Position numbers and translations under genes: made by a program
Source: Haliotis rufescens
Taxonomy: Eukaryota
Reading direction: 5' to 3'
Assembly: GCF_023055435.1 (NCBI RefSeq)
Contig: NW_025963913.1
Location: 5,580,001-5,644,000, forward strand
Length of the DNA stretch: 64,000 bases
Shown here: positions 38,588-53,122 of the stretch, one piece after another
How positions within the stretch are numbered: the stretch's first letter is position 1
Layout of the letters: every line of letters starts with the position of its first letter
Notes under the pieces: generated by a model
The model's input: the letters and a program-made list of their open reading frames with translations, nothing else
What the model was told of the DNA's origin: nothing
The model's database searches: none

Positions 38588-38680
38588 CCCTTTTCCTGCG
38601 GCTCTGAGTTTGATGTTGCCCTGCAGCAGAGAGTCACTTGTGATATTCCCATTACTACATTCCACTGCCACCCGGCCACT
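38588..38680 (-). CDS. FAM185A: FAM185A exon 3
   Basis: SGRVAVECSNGNITSDSLLQGNIKLRAAGKG; phase 0-0. Confidence 0.87.
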
Positions 38681-39214
38681 CTGAAAGGAGGAAGACATCT
38701 TATGATTTGTTTACTGGTTGATAATCTTTCAGTAGTTGGTTTAACGCCCATTACAGATTATATTATCTTTTTTTAAAATGTGCAAAAAAGTAACAGATAG
38801 ATTTGAAACAGAATCAACAAAGTGGCCTAGCCTGGGGATATAATATGGTAAAAAAATTGGGGTGGGGGGTTTGGGAGGTGGGCTGAAATGATTCACAGTT
38901 TGGGGCATGGGCAGAGAGAGTTATTTAATTGATAAACATGATAAGTATTGAACATATTTTTCATATTTTCCTGATGTAATTTGATTTTGACAAACTGGTA
39001 TCCTCTGGGAGGGCTGGGAATAACAACATGTTGGTAGTGTTTTCCCCAAAAATGGAATCAATGTACAATTATATTTGTTTTTCTATATACTCATTCAGGA
39101 AAAATCGCAACATACGCCCTGGTCCCCATAATGACTTAAATAATGTCTTCCTAAATAGTGTATTCAGAACAGTGGAACACCAGACAAATGTCAGTCATGT
39201 GAGAAAGACAGTAC

Positions 39215-39324
39215 CTTCACACTCTTCAACAGGCAGTCTCCCTTTGTGAGCACCACATCAATATCAGCACACTCCGTCTTCTTGATGGACACATCACATG
39301 GCTGTGTATTTCTCACTCTCACAT
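39215..39324 (-). CDS. FAM185A: FAM185A exon 2
   Basis: DVRVRNTQPCDVSIKKTECADIDVVLTKGDCLLKSVK; phase 1-0. Confidence 0.87.
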
Positions 39325-41148
39325 CTAAATAACAAAGAGTGAGTGATCGAGCGATCCAGGGCTAGATTGAAGAAATACCCCCTTTTATGTCGTAAACATG
39401 CAAGAATTTTTGTTTTGTCATACAAATATTTTCTAAAAACAGTTGAGATGCCGTGTTTGTCATGCCAGTCTCTTTGGTCCTGCATTTTCATGGACTTAAA
39501 GCGTGATATTTGTTCCTCTTTTCAGTTCCTGTCACTGGCAGATCACACAAAAAGTATTGCCGAAGCTGCATACAATTAGTTTTGTTTGTTTGTTGTTTTA
39601 CTCTGCACTTACTCCACTCAGCATTATTCCAGCTATATGACGGCGGTCTGTAAATAATCAAGTCTGGACCAGACAATCCACTGAATGACATCATGAGCAT
39701 CAATCTACACAATTGGGATACAATGACATGCATCAACCAAGTCAGCGAGCCTGACCACCCAATCCCGTTAGTCATCTCTAACAACTAGCATAGTCGCCTT
39801 ATATGGCAAGCATGGGTTATATTTATTCTGACGCCCCCCCACCCAATATTTAGACCCAAAAAATGTCTGAGGTTATTAACATTCCACAAAAGACCTCCTA
39901 TATGTTTTCCCTTCAAAATGGCATCCTCCATGGTACATGTTTGTTTGTCACGATTTATTGTTTTATTGCATTTTGACAGCTGCACAATCTGATATATTAT
40001 GAAGACTCTTGGTAAATATGTTCTCAAATGTCATTTTGAACTATTTTGTCATTTCACATTTGATTACCGGTACATTCATTTGAGTGTTTAAAGCACCTCA
40101 TTTAACAGTCTGCATATTTAAGTACTTAAACAAAACTAGCTCTCCTTCAAATGCTGTTTCAGGTGACATCTAATTTGCAATTGTGCATCATGTGATCATA
40201 CAGCCCCTAAGTGTGTCCCATGTCACACTGACACACAACAGTCTGACATTTATCTCCACTCCATCAATCAGCACAGAACTTCCATGCATTAATATACTGC
40301 ATTAGAGTTCATGCATGCGTGATGCCTGCATTCAATCAGATATGAAACACAGGTGTGCATCTGAGTTAATATATTGTGTTTTATTGTGGGTCGTCACAGG
40401 TCATGATTTATTTATCATATTTATGTATTTTATGCAAACACGAAGGGATCTGGAGCTCTGAACTACATACAGTGCAACCCTTTACTATCTACAATGATCT
40501 AGCTCATTGCTGATTCCTACTAACGTAAATGAACATCTCCGTAATAAATGTCTGCATGTTTTAAGTGTATTTTTTAAGTTTTCTACTAACTGACAGATAT
40601 TTATCTGGTTCTATTCAAATTTTGGAAAATATTGCAGCCCATATTTAAGAAGGAACTTGAATAATTTACAATGCAGTTTACACTGTACATCACACAATTT
40701 GAGTTTACAGACAAACAAAGTGGGTTTATTATGGCTGGAATCTAATTTGCTTGGACTGCCAAATGTGTAGACTAACATCCAGTCTTTGAAATGATATTTT
40801 TACAGAAAAGTTCACCGAAATATCTGGCAACAAAATATCACAGATAAAGTCATAGGGTATTATTGCGTGTTTGACAATTTTGTGGTACTGTATTCTAAAG
40901 GTAGGCCAATATGATAAAAAAGAGCCCAGAGACTTTCTTCATTTTCAAAACTGAAACTGTCGTAATCTAGGCTTGCCAACTATTATAGACCTGCATGGGC
41001 TGGACTTGTTTTAGGAACTGAATCACAGACTACCTAATGATTACTGAAATTAATATGGGTCGACTGTTAATTGATGATTATGGTACATGCCTAATAAAAC
41101 ATTATGATTTGATGGGGAATCTTGGTTGAATAAAAACGTGATATTTAC

Positions 41149-41698
41149 CAAACTTCAGCGGCAGTTTAATGCTGCATATCACAGGTAGGACTATCCCGTC
41201 TGCCATGGCGGTCGTCACTGTTAGGTTCTTCTTATCACCACATAAATCTATCTTTAAGTTGTAAATGTCTGCGAATGATCTGGCTTTGTCATTCTGACCA
41301 TCTTCCTTGGTGAGTATTGTTATTAACGCCTTGTTCATTTCCGGATATTCCTGTGGATTTAGAGTTGAGATTTCAACGTCAAACGGGACATTAATGTCAA
41401 GTTTACCGAAAGGGTCCACTTCGTAAATCCATTTTTCTATTAATCTGCTTGCAACGGACAATTCGCCAGTTGTCAAAGTAAGATTTTTTGCTAAAACTCT
41501 CTTTGAAACAACGGGTTTGTGCTTACGAGTCATTGCAACCAGCATCATTGCAGATCGGTGAATTTTTCGATGAGATTGTGAGGCTTGTTGGAATAATTTT
41601 GTTATCATTTCGTCAGCTTGAAACGTTCGGCAGGTTATTCCATGTTGGAAATACGCACATCTTTGTGTTACAATCCTTGATAACACACATTGAAACAT
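41149..41698 (-). CDS. FAM185A: FAM185A-like, exon 1 (possible mitochondrial-type presequence)
   Basis: ...KWIYEVDPFGKLDINVPFDVEISTLNPQEYP...CSIKLPLKF; donor G|gtaaat; phase 1. Confidence 0.88.
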
Positions 41699-42115
41699 GT
41701 CACGATTGACAGGCTAGCGCCGACCTAAGTTCTATCAGTGAAATCGCTGTTTTTCTACACAAAATAATTATGCATTGAAACGCTTGTTCACAGCGACATC
41801 TGTAAGGGAATCCCCAGCCTCGTTTTCATATTTTGGGAAATCCCTTCCGGTGGAATTCCCTTCAGATAAAATTCAACGAAGAGGACGTATAATATACTTA
41901 TTGTGTTTGTGGACATATTTTGTGAACGTCGACCTGTGAACAATTTCTTTGATTGTTTTAGTGTTTTAGATTGATGCTTTTTATACGTGTTTTGGTTAAA
42001 ATGTTACATAAAATAAGAGTTTGCTTATAACAGCTTAACTCTCACCTTCCGAGTGCTGACATAAAGATATATCAGTTCCGACACTGGCATATGGAAGGGA
42101 ACGCGACGGGAATGT

Positions 42116-45100
42116 GTGTGACATGGTATCACATACACCGCGTGACATGGAATCGCATACACGGTGTGGCATGGTATCACATATATGGTGTGACATGGTA
42201 TCACATACGCCGCGTGACATGGTATCACATACACGGTGTGGCATGGTATCACATACACCACGTGACGTGGTATCACATATATGGTGTGACATGGTATCAC
42301 ATACACCGCGTGACATGGTATCACATACATGGTGTGGCATGGTATCACATATATGGTGTGACATGGTATCACATACACCGCGTAGCATGGTATCACATAC
42401 ACGGTGTGACATGGTATCACATACGCCACGTGACATGGTATCACATACACAGTGTGGCATGGTATCCCATATATGGTGTGACATGGTATCACATACACCG
42501 TGTGACATGGTATCACATACAGGGTGTGATGTGGTATCACCTGAACCGCGTGACATGGAATCGCATACACGGTGTGGCATGGTATCACATATATGGTGTG
42601 ACATGGTATCACATACGCCGCGTGACATGGTATCACATACACGGTGTGGCATGGTATCACATACACCACGTGACGTGGTATCACATATATGGTGTGACAT
42701 GGTATCACATACACCGTGTGACATGGTATCACATACATGGTGTGGCATGGTATCACATATATGGTGTGACATGGTATCACATACACCGCGTGACATGGTA
42801 TCACATACACGGTGTGACATGGTATCACATACGCCACGTGACATGGTATCACATACACGGTGTGGCATGGTATCCCATATATGGTGTGACATGGTATCAC
42901 ATACACCGTGTGACATGGTATCACATACATGGTGTGATGTGGTATCACATGAACCGCGTGACATGGTATCACATACACGGTGTGGCATGGTATCCCATAT
43001 ATGGTGTGACATGGTATCACATACACCGTGTGACATGGTATCACATACATGGTGTGATGTGGTATCACATGAACCGCGTGACATGGTATCACATACACGG
43101 TGTGGCATGGTATCACATATATGGTGTGACATGGTATCACATACACCGTGTGACATGATATCACATACATGGTGTGATGTGGTATCACATGAACCGCGTG
43201 ACATGGTATCACGTACACCGCGTGACATGGTATCACATATGTGGTGTGACATGGTATCACATACACCACGTGACGTGGTATCACATATATGGTGTGACAT
43301 GGTATCACATACACCGCGTGACATGGTATCACATACATGGTGTGGCATGGTATCACATATATGGTGTGACATGGTATCACATACACCGCGTGACATGGAA
43401 TCACATACACGGTGTGGCATGGTATCACATACACGGTGTGACATGGTATCACATATGCCACGTGACATGGTATCACATACACTGTGTGACATGGTATCAC
43501 ATACACCGCGTGACATGGTGAGTGAGTATGGTTTTACGCCGCCTTTAGCAATATTCCAGCAATATCACGGCGGGGGACACCAGAAATGGGCTTCACACAT
43601 TGTACCCATGTCGGGAATCAAACCCGGATCTTCGGCGTGACGAGCGAACGTTTTAACCACTAGGCTACCCGACCGCCCCTCCGCGTGACATTGTATCACA
43701 TACACGGTGTGACAAGGTATCACATACACTGAGTGACATGGTATCACATACACGGTGTGACAAGGTATCACATACAATGCATGACATGGTATCACATACA
43801 CGGTGTGACAAGGTATCACATATACTGCGTGACATGGTATCACATACACGGTGTGACAAGGTATCACATACACCGCATGACATGGTATCACAGATATGGT
43901 CTGACATGGTATCACATACACAGCGTGACATGGTATCACATACACGGTGTGACAAGGTATCACATACACCACATGACATGGTATCACATATATGGTGTGA
44001 CATGGTATCACATACACCGCGTGACATGGTATCACATACACCACGTGACATGGTATCACATACATGGTGTGATGTGGTATCGAATGAACCGCGTGACATG
44101 GTATCACATACATGGTGTGATGTGGTATCACATACATGGCGTGACATGGTATCACATACACCGCGTGACATGGTATCACATTCATGGTGTGATGTGGTAA
44201 CACATACATGGTGTGACATGGTATCACATACACAACGTGACATGGTATCACATACATGGTGTGATGTGGTATAACATACACTGCGTCACTCGGTATGACA
44301 TACACCACGTGACATGGTATTACATACATGGTGTGATGTGGTATCACATACACCACGTGACATGGTATTACATACATGGTGTGATGTGGTATCACATACA
44401 CCACGTGACATGGTATCACATACATGGTGTGACATGGTATCACATACATGGTGTGATGTAGTATCACATACAGCGCGTGACATGGTATCACATACATGGT
44501 GTGATGTAGTATCAAATACACCACGTCACATGGTATGACATACACCACGTGACATGGTATTACGTACATGGTGTGATGTGGTATCACATACACAACGTGA
44601 CATGGTATCACATACACCGCGTGACATGGTATCACATACTCGCGTGACATGGTATCACATACACCGTGTGACATGGTATCACATACACTGCGTGACATGG
44701 TATCACATACACCGCGTGACATGGTATCACATACATGGCATGACATGGTATCACATACACCTTGTCACATGGTATTACATTCATGGTGTGATGTGGTATC
44801 ACATACACCTTACGACATGGTATCACATACATGGTGTGACATGGTATCACATACAGGGTGTGATGTGGTATCACATACACTGCGTGACATGGTATCACAT
44901 ACACAATGTGACATGGTACCACATACACGACGTGATATGGTATTACATTCATGGTGTGATGTGGTATCACATACACAGTGTGACATGGTATCACATACAG
45001 GGTGTGATGTGGTATCACATACACCATGTGACATAGTATCACAAACATGGCGTGACATGGTATCACATACACCCCTTGACATGGTATCACATACACAGCG

Positions 45101-46490
45101 TGACATGGTATCACATACACCCCATGACATGGTATCACATACACAGCGTGACATGGTACCATATACACCGCGTGACATGGTATCACATACAGGGTGTAAT
45201 GTGGTATCACATACACAATGTGACATGGTATCACATACAGGGTGTGATGTAGTATCACATACAGGGTGTGATGTGGTATCACATACACAATGTGACATTG
45301 TATCACATACACCTTGTGACATGGTATCACATACACCGCGTGACATGGTATCACATACATGGTGTGATGTGGTATCACATACACCTCGTGACATGGTATC
45401 ACATACATGGTCTGATGTGGTTTCACATACACAGTGTGACATGTTATAACATACATGGTGTGACATGGTATGAAATACATGGTGAGACATGGTATAACAT
45501 TAGCAATGTGACATGGTATCACATACACCTCGTGACATGGTATCACATACATGGTGTGACATGGTATAACATACACAATGTGACATTGTAACACATACAT
45601 CTCGTGACATGGTATCACAAACACGATGTGACATGGTATCTCATACACCTTGTGACATGGTATCACATACATGGTGTAATGTGGTATCACATACATGGTG
45701 TGACATGGTATCACATACATGGTGTTATGTGGTATTACATATATGGTGTGACATGGTATCACATACACCTTGTGACATGATATCACATACATGGTGTGAA
45801 GTGGTATCACATACACCTTGTGACATGATATCACATACACCTTGTGACATGGTATGACATACATGGTGTGATGTGGTATCACATACATGGTGTGACATGG
45901 TATCACATACACCACATGACATGGTATCACATACACCGCATGACATGGTATCACATACACCGCGTGACATGGTATCACATACATGGTGTGACATGGTATC
46001 ACATACACCGCGTGACATGGTATCACATACATGGTGTGACATGGTATCACATACATCGCGTCACATGGTATAACATACACCGCGTGACATGGTATCACAT
46101 ACACAGTGTGACATGGTATCACATACATGGTGTGACATGGTATAACATACTACGGTAATGTGGTATCACATACACCGCGTCACATGGTATCACATACATG
46201 GTGCGATGTGGTATCACATACATGGTGTGACATGGTATATCATACTACGGTAATGTGGTATCACATACACCGCGTCACATGGTATTACATACACCTCGTG
46301 ACATGGTATCACATACACCGCGTGACATGGTATCACATATATGGTGTGACATGGTATCACATACACAATGTGACATAGTATCATATACACCTTGTGACAT
46401 AGTATCGCATATAGGGTGTGACATGGTATCACATACATATGGTGTGACATGGTATCACATACAGGGCGTGACATTGTATCACATACACGA
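42116..46490. repeat. 24-bp satellite (about 175 copies), interrupted by a SINE
   Basis: Unit CATGGTATCACATACACCGCGTGA and variants. Confidence 0.97.
43518..43680 (-). mobile_element. Short tRNA(Asp)-like SINE (family A) inserted in the 24-bp satellite
   Basis: Head GGGGCGGTCGGGTAGCCTAGTGGTTAAAACGTTCGCTCGTCACGCCGAAGATCCGGG; (ACTC)n tail; flanking duplication CCGCGTGACAT. Confidence 0.88.
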
Positions 46491-46530
46491 CTGGAGAGAG
46501 TTTGGTAAAAACATTATCCAATGAATGAAT

Positions 46531-46844
46531 GTTTATTTGTTGTTTAACGCCGCACTCACCCTTATTCATGCTATATGACGGCGGTCTGTAAATAATCGAG
46601 TCCGGACCAGACAATCCAGTGATTGATATCGTGAGCATCGATCTACGCAATTGGGATACGATGACATGCATCAAACAAATCAGCGAGCCTGACCACCCGA
46701 TCCCTTAAGTCGCCTCTTACGACAAGCACAGTCACCTTTTACGGCAAGCATGGGTTGCTGAAGACTTCTTCTAACCCGGATCTTCACGGGTCTGGCAAGC
46801 ATGGGTTGCAGAAGACCTATTCTAGCCCGGATCTTCACGGGTCT
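46531..46844 (-). mobile_element. Abundant SINE-like element (family B) with tandemly duplicated 5' segment
   Basis: About 290-bp consensus with CAGCAACCCATGCTTG...CGTAAGAGGCGACT core and GGAATATTGCTGAGTGCGGCGTTAAAC(AAAC)n tail; about a dozen recognisable copies in the window. Confidence 0.85.
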
Positions 46845-47004
46845 AACGAATGAAGGAGATAAGACACAATTACTTATCTATTCAGACATGTTTTTAAACT
46901 GAACCTCTAGTTATATATACGTGGAGTTGAATCAGTAAGGTAACACACCACACAAGCTTCGCTTGTCGACCGCAGCGAGAGTCGCTGTTTGAAAGATTAT
47001 TCAG

Positions 47005-47050
<46 letters not shown>
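47005..47050. repeat. (GATA)n microsatellite
   Basis: About 11 GATA units. Confidence 0.95.
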
Positions 47051-48201
47051 ACTGTAATGATATTGTTTACAAGACTCGGTGGTAATTCGACCTGCGTGAC
47101 GAGATGCGTGCCTCGAGTTTCAGTTGTTATCGTTGTTTACACGGCTAATTTGTCGACATAATGAGAACTAACCAGAGCTGTGATGGGCGGAAATATACAC
47201 CTTAAGTCAATCGAGAAAATGGATACTACGACAGAATGTGGCAAACCTATCTTGTATAATGACGTTTCGGGCCGTTACAAACCTTTGACTTATCCGTTAT
47301 ACTGACTTGAACGGATATACAAATGATACATTAAGATTTCTTTCGGGGCCTTGACGTTACAGCGTCTAAAGCAATTTGTCGACTTCATTGATACAGTTCA
47401 ATGGGTTTCGCTTTTTCTACAAAAAAACCCAACACCTTTTGTGTTGCCAAGACAATACAACTCTTTATTTATGGAATGGTTCGCATTTTGTTGTATTGTC
47501 TGTTGATTGCATTGATCTACTAAATGTCAACTCTAATTTAACCATACGTGATGCACAGTACAGCCAAATACACATACTATATATAGAGGGCTAACAATTT
47601 GATATGTCTTAAACGTGCCCAGTGCAGAGAACACATATCACATAACTTGTGTTAAACTGTGCTATAGTCCGGACTGACTATCCTGTTCATTGATTTCATT
47701 GCGAAGCGTACACTGCCTTCAAATCTGGTGCTACCCCACGCGACGGTCTACCTTTTTCATGGTAATTCAACCGGCACAGTTTTCCTGTCACCAAGGAGCT
47801 GAATGCTTGTCAATATCACAACAACACGTCAATCAATCGAAATCGATTCAGCTGGGAAATGCGCTCGGCTGGATCTGTGTTGGTGAATGGTTGTTACCAA
47901 CGAAGAGCGCATTGAGTATATGTCTCTTAACAGAATCTAGTAATTTAATCGTAATTTAGGACACACTTTTGGTTCAAAATTGATATCAAAGGGTTTTATT
48001 TTATTTTGTAAAATGAATAATATAATTCATTTCACGATAAGTAATATCATATAGATATAAGTAAAGCGTTTTTGTCTTTGGCTTGGGTCCGGGTAGAATG
48101 AAAGGATACCACACCCTGAATTAAAACACAATCAGGATAGGGTCATAAAAAATGAAAACAATGTTAATATACTTGTCTTTTCTTGAAACAACCTGACCAT
48201 T

Positions 48202-48304
48202 TACACCAGAGTACACCATGACGTACACCAGAGTACACCATGACGTACACCAGAGTACACCATGACGTACACCAGAGTACACCATGACGTACACCAGAGT
48301 ACAC
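48202..48304. repeat. 22-bp minisatellite (about 4.5 copies)
   Basis: Unit TACACCAGAGTACACCATGACG. Confidence 0.92.
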
Positions 48305-48542
48305 ACATGCGTGATGATATCCGATCAGCTGGAGGCCGCTTGCTGAAGGACCACTCGCCTGGGATAAACTCAACCCTTCTACAGTGGAACCTCTTTATAC
48401 CACACTAGGTACACTGGACGCTTCACTTGCTGGACAGTATATCCGGAAATCCTCTTTATTTGGAGATACTGCGGATATGTTTCTAGTGTTATAGCCGCGG
48501 TACCATGCTGTCCTACCTATCCTTCTCTCATATTAGGGCTAG

Positions 48543-48850
48543 TTTGTCTGTTTTTGTTTTTTTAACGCCACACTCAGCAATATCCCGGCTGTATGTTGAT
48601 GGTCTGTACAAAAACAAGTCTGGACCAGACAATCCAGTGATTGACATCATGAGTATCAATCTACGTAATTATGATACGATGACATGCACCAACCAAGTCG
48701 GCGAGTCTGGTCACCCGATCCCGTCAGTTGCCTCTTTCGAAAAGCATGGGACGCTATATGGCTGAAATAATGCCGATGCGACGTTAAATTTTAACTCACT
48801 CGAAAAGCATGGGTTGCTGAAGACCAATTCTAACCCGTAATCTTCACGGG
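48543..48850 (-). mobile_element. SINE family B copy (interrupted)
   Basis: Homology to other family B copies. Confidence 0.78.
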
Positions 48851-48981
48851 AATATTATTGTGAGTGAGTTATGTTTAATGTCACTGTGAATAGTATTGCA
48901 ACTAAATAACAACTTGTGCCCTTAGTGTTTGACGGAGGCCAATGTGACCCAGGTCGGGCTATTTTGCTGGAACACACAAAC

Positions 48982-49782
48982 ACAGACGTGGAGGTCACAG
49001 GCGTGGAGGTCACAGGCATGGAGGTCACAGGCGTGGGGGTCACAGGCGCGGGGGTCACAGGCGTGGGGGTCACAGGCGTGGGGGTCACAGGCATGGAGGT
49101 CACAGGCGTGGGGGTCACAGGCGCGGGGGTCACAGGCGTGGGGGTCACAGGCATGGAGGTCACAGGCGTGGGGGTCACAGGCGTGGGGGTCACAGGCGTG
49201 GGGGTCACAGGCGCGGGGGTCACAGGCGCGGGGGTCACAGGCGTGGGGGTCACAGGCGTGGAGGTCACAGGCATGGAGGTAACAGGCATGGAGGTCATAG
49301 GCGTGGAGGTCACAGGCATGGAGGTAACAGGCGTGGAGGTCACAGGCATGGAGGTCATAGGCGTGGAGGTCACGGGCATGGAGGTCACAGGCGTGGAGGT
49401 CACGGGCATGGAGGTCACGGGCATGGAGGTCACAGGCGTGGAGGTAACAGGCGTGGAGGTCACAGGCATGGAGGTCATAGGCGTGGAGGTCACAGGCGTG
49501 GAGGTCACGGGCATGGAGGTCACAGGCGTGGAGGTCACGGGCATGGAGGTCACGGGCATGGAGGTCACAGGCATGGAGGTAACAGGCCCGGAGGTCACAG
49601 GCATGGAGGTCATAGGCGTGGAGGTCACAGGCGTGGAGGTCACGGGCATGGAGGTCACAGGCGTGGAGGTCACGGGCATGGAGGTCACGGGCATGGAGGT
49701 CACAGGCGTGGAGGTCACGGGCATGGAGGTCATAGGCGTGGAGGTCACAGGCGTGGAGGTCACGGGCATGGAGGTCACAGGC
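48982..49782. repeat. 15-bp GC-rich minisatellite (about 53 copies)
   Basis: Unit GGAGGTCACAGGCGT with ggg/atg variants. Confidence 0.96.
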
Positions 49783-50045
49783 TAACGATCACATCCAGGC
49801 CGGATCTTTGACATCATATTTTAATTTTCAAATTACTCGTCAGTATGTTGAGTAGAAATCCACCCGAATTAGTAAGTTAACGTAATAATCAGTGCAATAT
49901 TTAACAACTGTTATAACATAATCGTAAGAAAACAATGATTACTTAAATTGGCACTGCTTACACATTACCGAATTATCCATTAGATGTTTTCCCACGGGAT
50001 GAATATATAACATTTTACACATGTGTCGTTTCTGCCAGTGATTTG

Positions 50046-50335
50046 AGGTGGGGAAGTGGGGTGGCGATGTGCATCCACGTGTATGTGTGTGGCTGCTTGT
50101 ACTAGTCGATATCCCGATATTATAGTGCTAGTCCACTGAGATACCATGCCGCAGTTTCATGTCAATTCCCCACTGAGACACACTATACTGACAGTATTTT
50201 AGCCTCAAAATACCGAGCGCCAGGCAGGGCAACAACAAGTAATATCTTCTTTTTGTAAGACGCGGCCGGGGATCGACCTCCGGGCCTCCCGCTCTCCTTG
50301 CGGACGCTCGACCACTAGACCACGGACACGGCCCC
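50046..50335 (-). mobile_element. SINE family C copy
   Basis: Reverse-complement homology including the tRNA head. Confidence 0.78.
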
Positions 50336-52884
50336 ATTGATTTGAGGCTGAGCTCACATTGTTTCTCTTTGGCATGGATGTACTTCCTGTCAATACAATA
50401 TTTGTTTGTCAGCCATGGGCTTTTGAGTTTTCAAGGACCGATAGCGTCACTGCGAACAAGACTATTCGATTTGCTCCACAAAGAATCCTGGAGATGAAGA
50501 CTTATAGGCAAACTGTAGTTACCATGGCGGATTGGGCGGCACAACACAGATCAGCGTGGTCGGATGTGGATGATTATCATTTATTCATATACCCAATAAT
50601 ATATCTGAATGACTAAGTACTCGGAGTCATTTATTCGTATTTGAAGCCACATCGTTACTTTTACACAATTTAATCTAAGGCAAACCGGTTATTGAACAGA
50701 AATACAAGCAATGCATGTTTCATTATCGATAATAACAAATCTTTCTTTACAAGGACAGTTTTGGTTTGTCACCTAGTTTAGTTTAGTCAACCTAATAACA
50801 CTTTAAGAAGGCACACAATAGCTGCGAGTCTATTATGTTGCTATTATTAAGAAATATGCGTTATCAAAACATAAATTGTCCCCGAAAGTTCTTTATAAAA
50901 ACATGACTGTTGAAAAAGAAAGAAAGGAATTGCCTTACACAAAAATTACATTGTTGCAAGGCGTTTTTCTAAAAATAAAATCAGACTCGTTGTTTTAAAT
51001 AAAATAACATCTGGTTTTGCAGCTGTAGCTGAACAAATAGCTAGTCTCGATAGACAATCCCAGCTCTCCGCCTCATATCAAATGGTCGGGGCCAAACAGA
51101 ATTATATATATCATTTGCACGGAATGTATGACATGTTAATTTAACATATACATACAAACACACTGTATGTATAAGCCTTGGTATATATTATATGTGTGTG
51201 TAACATTTAGAGCGGCCTATTGCAGTTACATGGGCGTTAACACTACACAGGAACAATCAAAGTGAAAGGAGGTAAACAGGTTTGTCAATCGTTAACTGCG
51301 ACGCTTAAGTTTTCATAAAGGGCTCATTGTTTTCATTGTGGCATATCTCCCAATTGAATTCAGATACACTATCTAAAAAATTGTATATTTCGCAACGGTC
51401 AAATATGTGTGCTTTGACTGTGTATTACGTGTGGACGCACTGGCTTACAGTAAAGGTTAGTCAGTTTGCTTTGTTTAGAATCCAGCAGAGCGTAGGAAAG
51501 TAAATTGAAAGGACTAGTGTTGTTCTGTGAGCATGGTGATTTTGCCAAACATGAACCCTGTAGAGGTCGGGGAGAATGGTATGTCAACAGCTTGTTGGTG
51601 ACCCTGAATACTGAATATCGACCTCAAGTCACACCGTGTGCTGATATGCAGACAAGACGGTACATATTGCACCATGATATCGCGGAGTTCAGAAATGCGG
51701 GACGTATCGGCCACTTTCGAAAGTCCATGCAATAGCGGGTTTATTTGATATGAGGGTGACTGTCTCTGTGGGTAGTCTTACACACACTAAACATATGAAG
51801 ATGATATTATAAAGAAATTAACACAATGGGTTTAAAGTATTTATTAAACTTGCAGAATTTTAAAACTGATTTATGTGTCATTCTCGGTATGATCTGAGTT
51901 GAAGACGAGCAAGAGAGTGTGTGGGGGTGGGTGGTGGAATGGGGGGTGGTGAGGATGGGGAGGGAGGGTGTGGGTGAGCAACGTGTGGTGCTAACGTATC
52001 ATTGACTGTAGCAAACACTTCCCTAAACGTGTAGTGTAGATTTCATATACCTATCACCTGGCGGTGACGTCGCTGCACGAAGTTCAGCCCCTGACACGCA
52101 CCATGGATGTACTTGCTGTTGTCTGTTCCGCACAGAATACTGAGGTGGTGATGTGAAAAACACACACTAATCATATCATGTAATTTAATGCAGCTAATCA
52201 AGATGTGGTCTGGATCTTTTTTTCACACCAGTAAATCACTATCACTTGTGAGCAAACGTAGGCTAGTATTCATTATTCACACACGATCCCGAGTAAGGCA
52301 AAGTATAGTTGACATACACACTGACTTAGCAACGCGGCATGTCGCGTCTTGTCCGTGAACTTGACAAGTATGAATAGCAAGTGCATATGAAGTACGCATG
52401 CCTCGATGGCAGCCCTGGAGATATCGTATTATACACCCTTACCTCACGCGCTGAAGAATAGATTCCCTCAATACTGCATTCGTCTTTTGATTTCGTCCAA
52501 CGTCACCGATTATTGAATCAAATTAGTTATTTTTGTCATCTATTGTAGGGATTGTGTTAAACCGACTGACCTTTCTGTATGAAGCCAGCTCATAGCGAGC
52601 CGGATCTAGTTAATTGATTTCTGTATTTGCATCAGGCAATGTCAGCTTCCAAATTAGATATGATTAGAATTTATCGAAACATTTAACAACAATTACTGTA
52701 TGACATTACGCCATGAATATATCAGTGTGTAATATGGGTTTCTGTCACCCAATTAAGGACGTTATGTTTACATATTCCCTTGTAGATAACCTAATTAAGC
52801 ATGTATTAGCAACAGACAACGAAATGTGGACACAAATACAGGCCATAAGTAACCGGAAGTTTCATATGTGTAACGTGTTATCAT

Positions 52885-53122
52885 TGAAGTGAAATAGGAT
52901 TTAACGTCGCGTTCAAGATTATTGCACTTACATATATAGCGCGCGTGTGTGTGTCTGCGTGTGTGTGTGTGTGACTCCGAGCCGACCAGTCCTTGTTTTA
53001 GCCCCTCAATGCCGAGCGCCAGACAGGGTAACAAGTACCATATTTTAACGTCTTTTGGTTTGACGCGGCCGGGGATCGAACCACCAACCTTCCTTTCTCC
53101 CGGCCGGACGCTCTACCACTCA
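52885..53122 (-). mobile_element. SINE family C copy (internally deleted)
   Basis: Reverse-complement homology to head, V-like core and tail. Confidence 0.78.

Noticed and set aside
43600-43680. tRNA-Asp-like gene (also tRNA-like heads at about 25570 and 54415)
   Set aside because: These are SINE heads: multi-copy, followed by body and tail, bounded by TSDs, with no complete acceptor stem.
42025-46524. About 500-aa His/Cys/Val-rich ORFs on both strands
   Set aside because: The 24-bp satellite is open in most frames on both strands, is interrupted by a SINE and has no domain or splice support.
48855-49785. Mucin-like (VTSMP)n 307-aa ORF and its antisense ORF
   Set aside because: Pure 15-bp minisatellite open on both strands, with no signal peptide or flanking domain.
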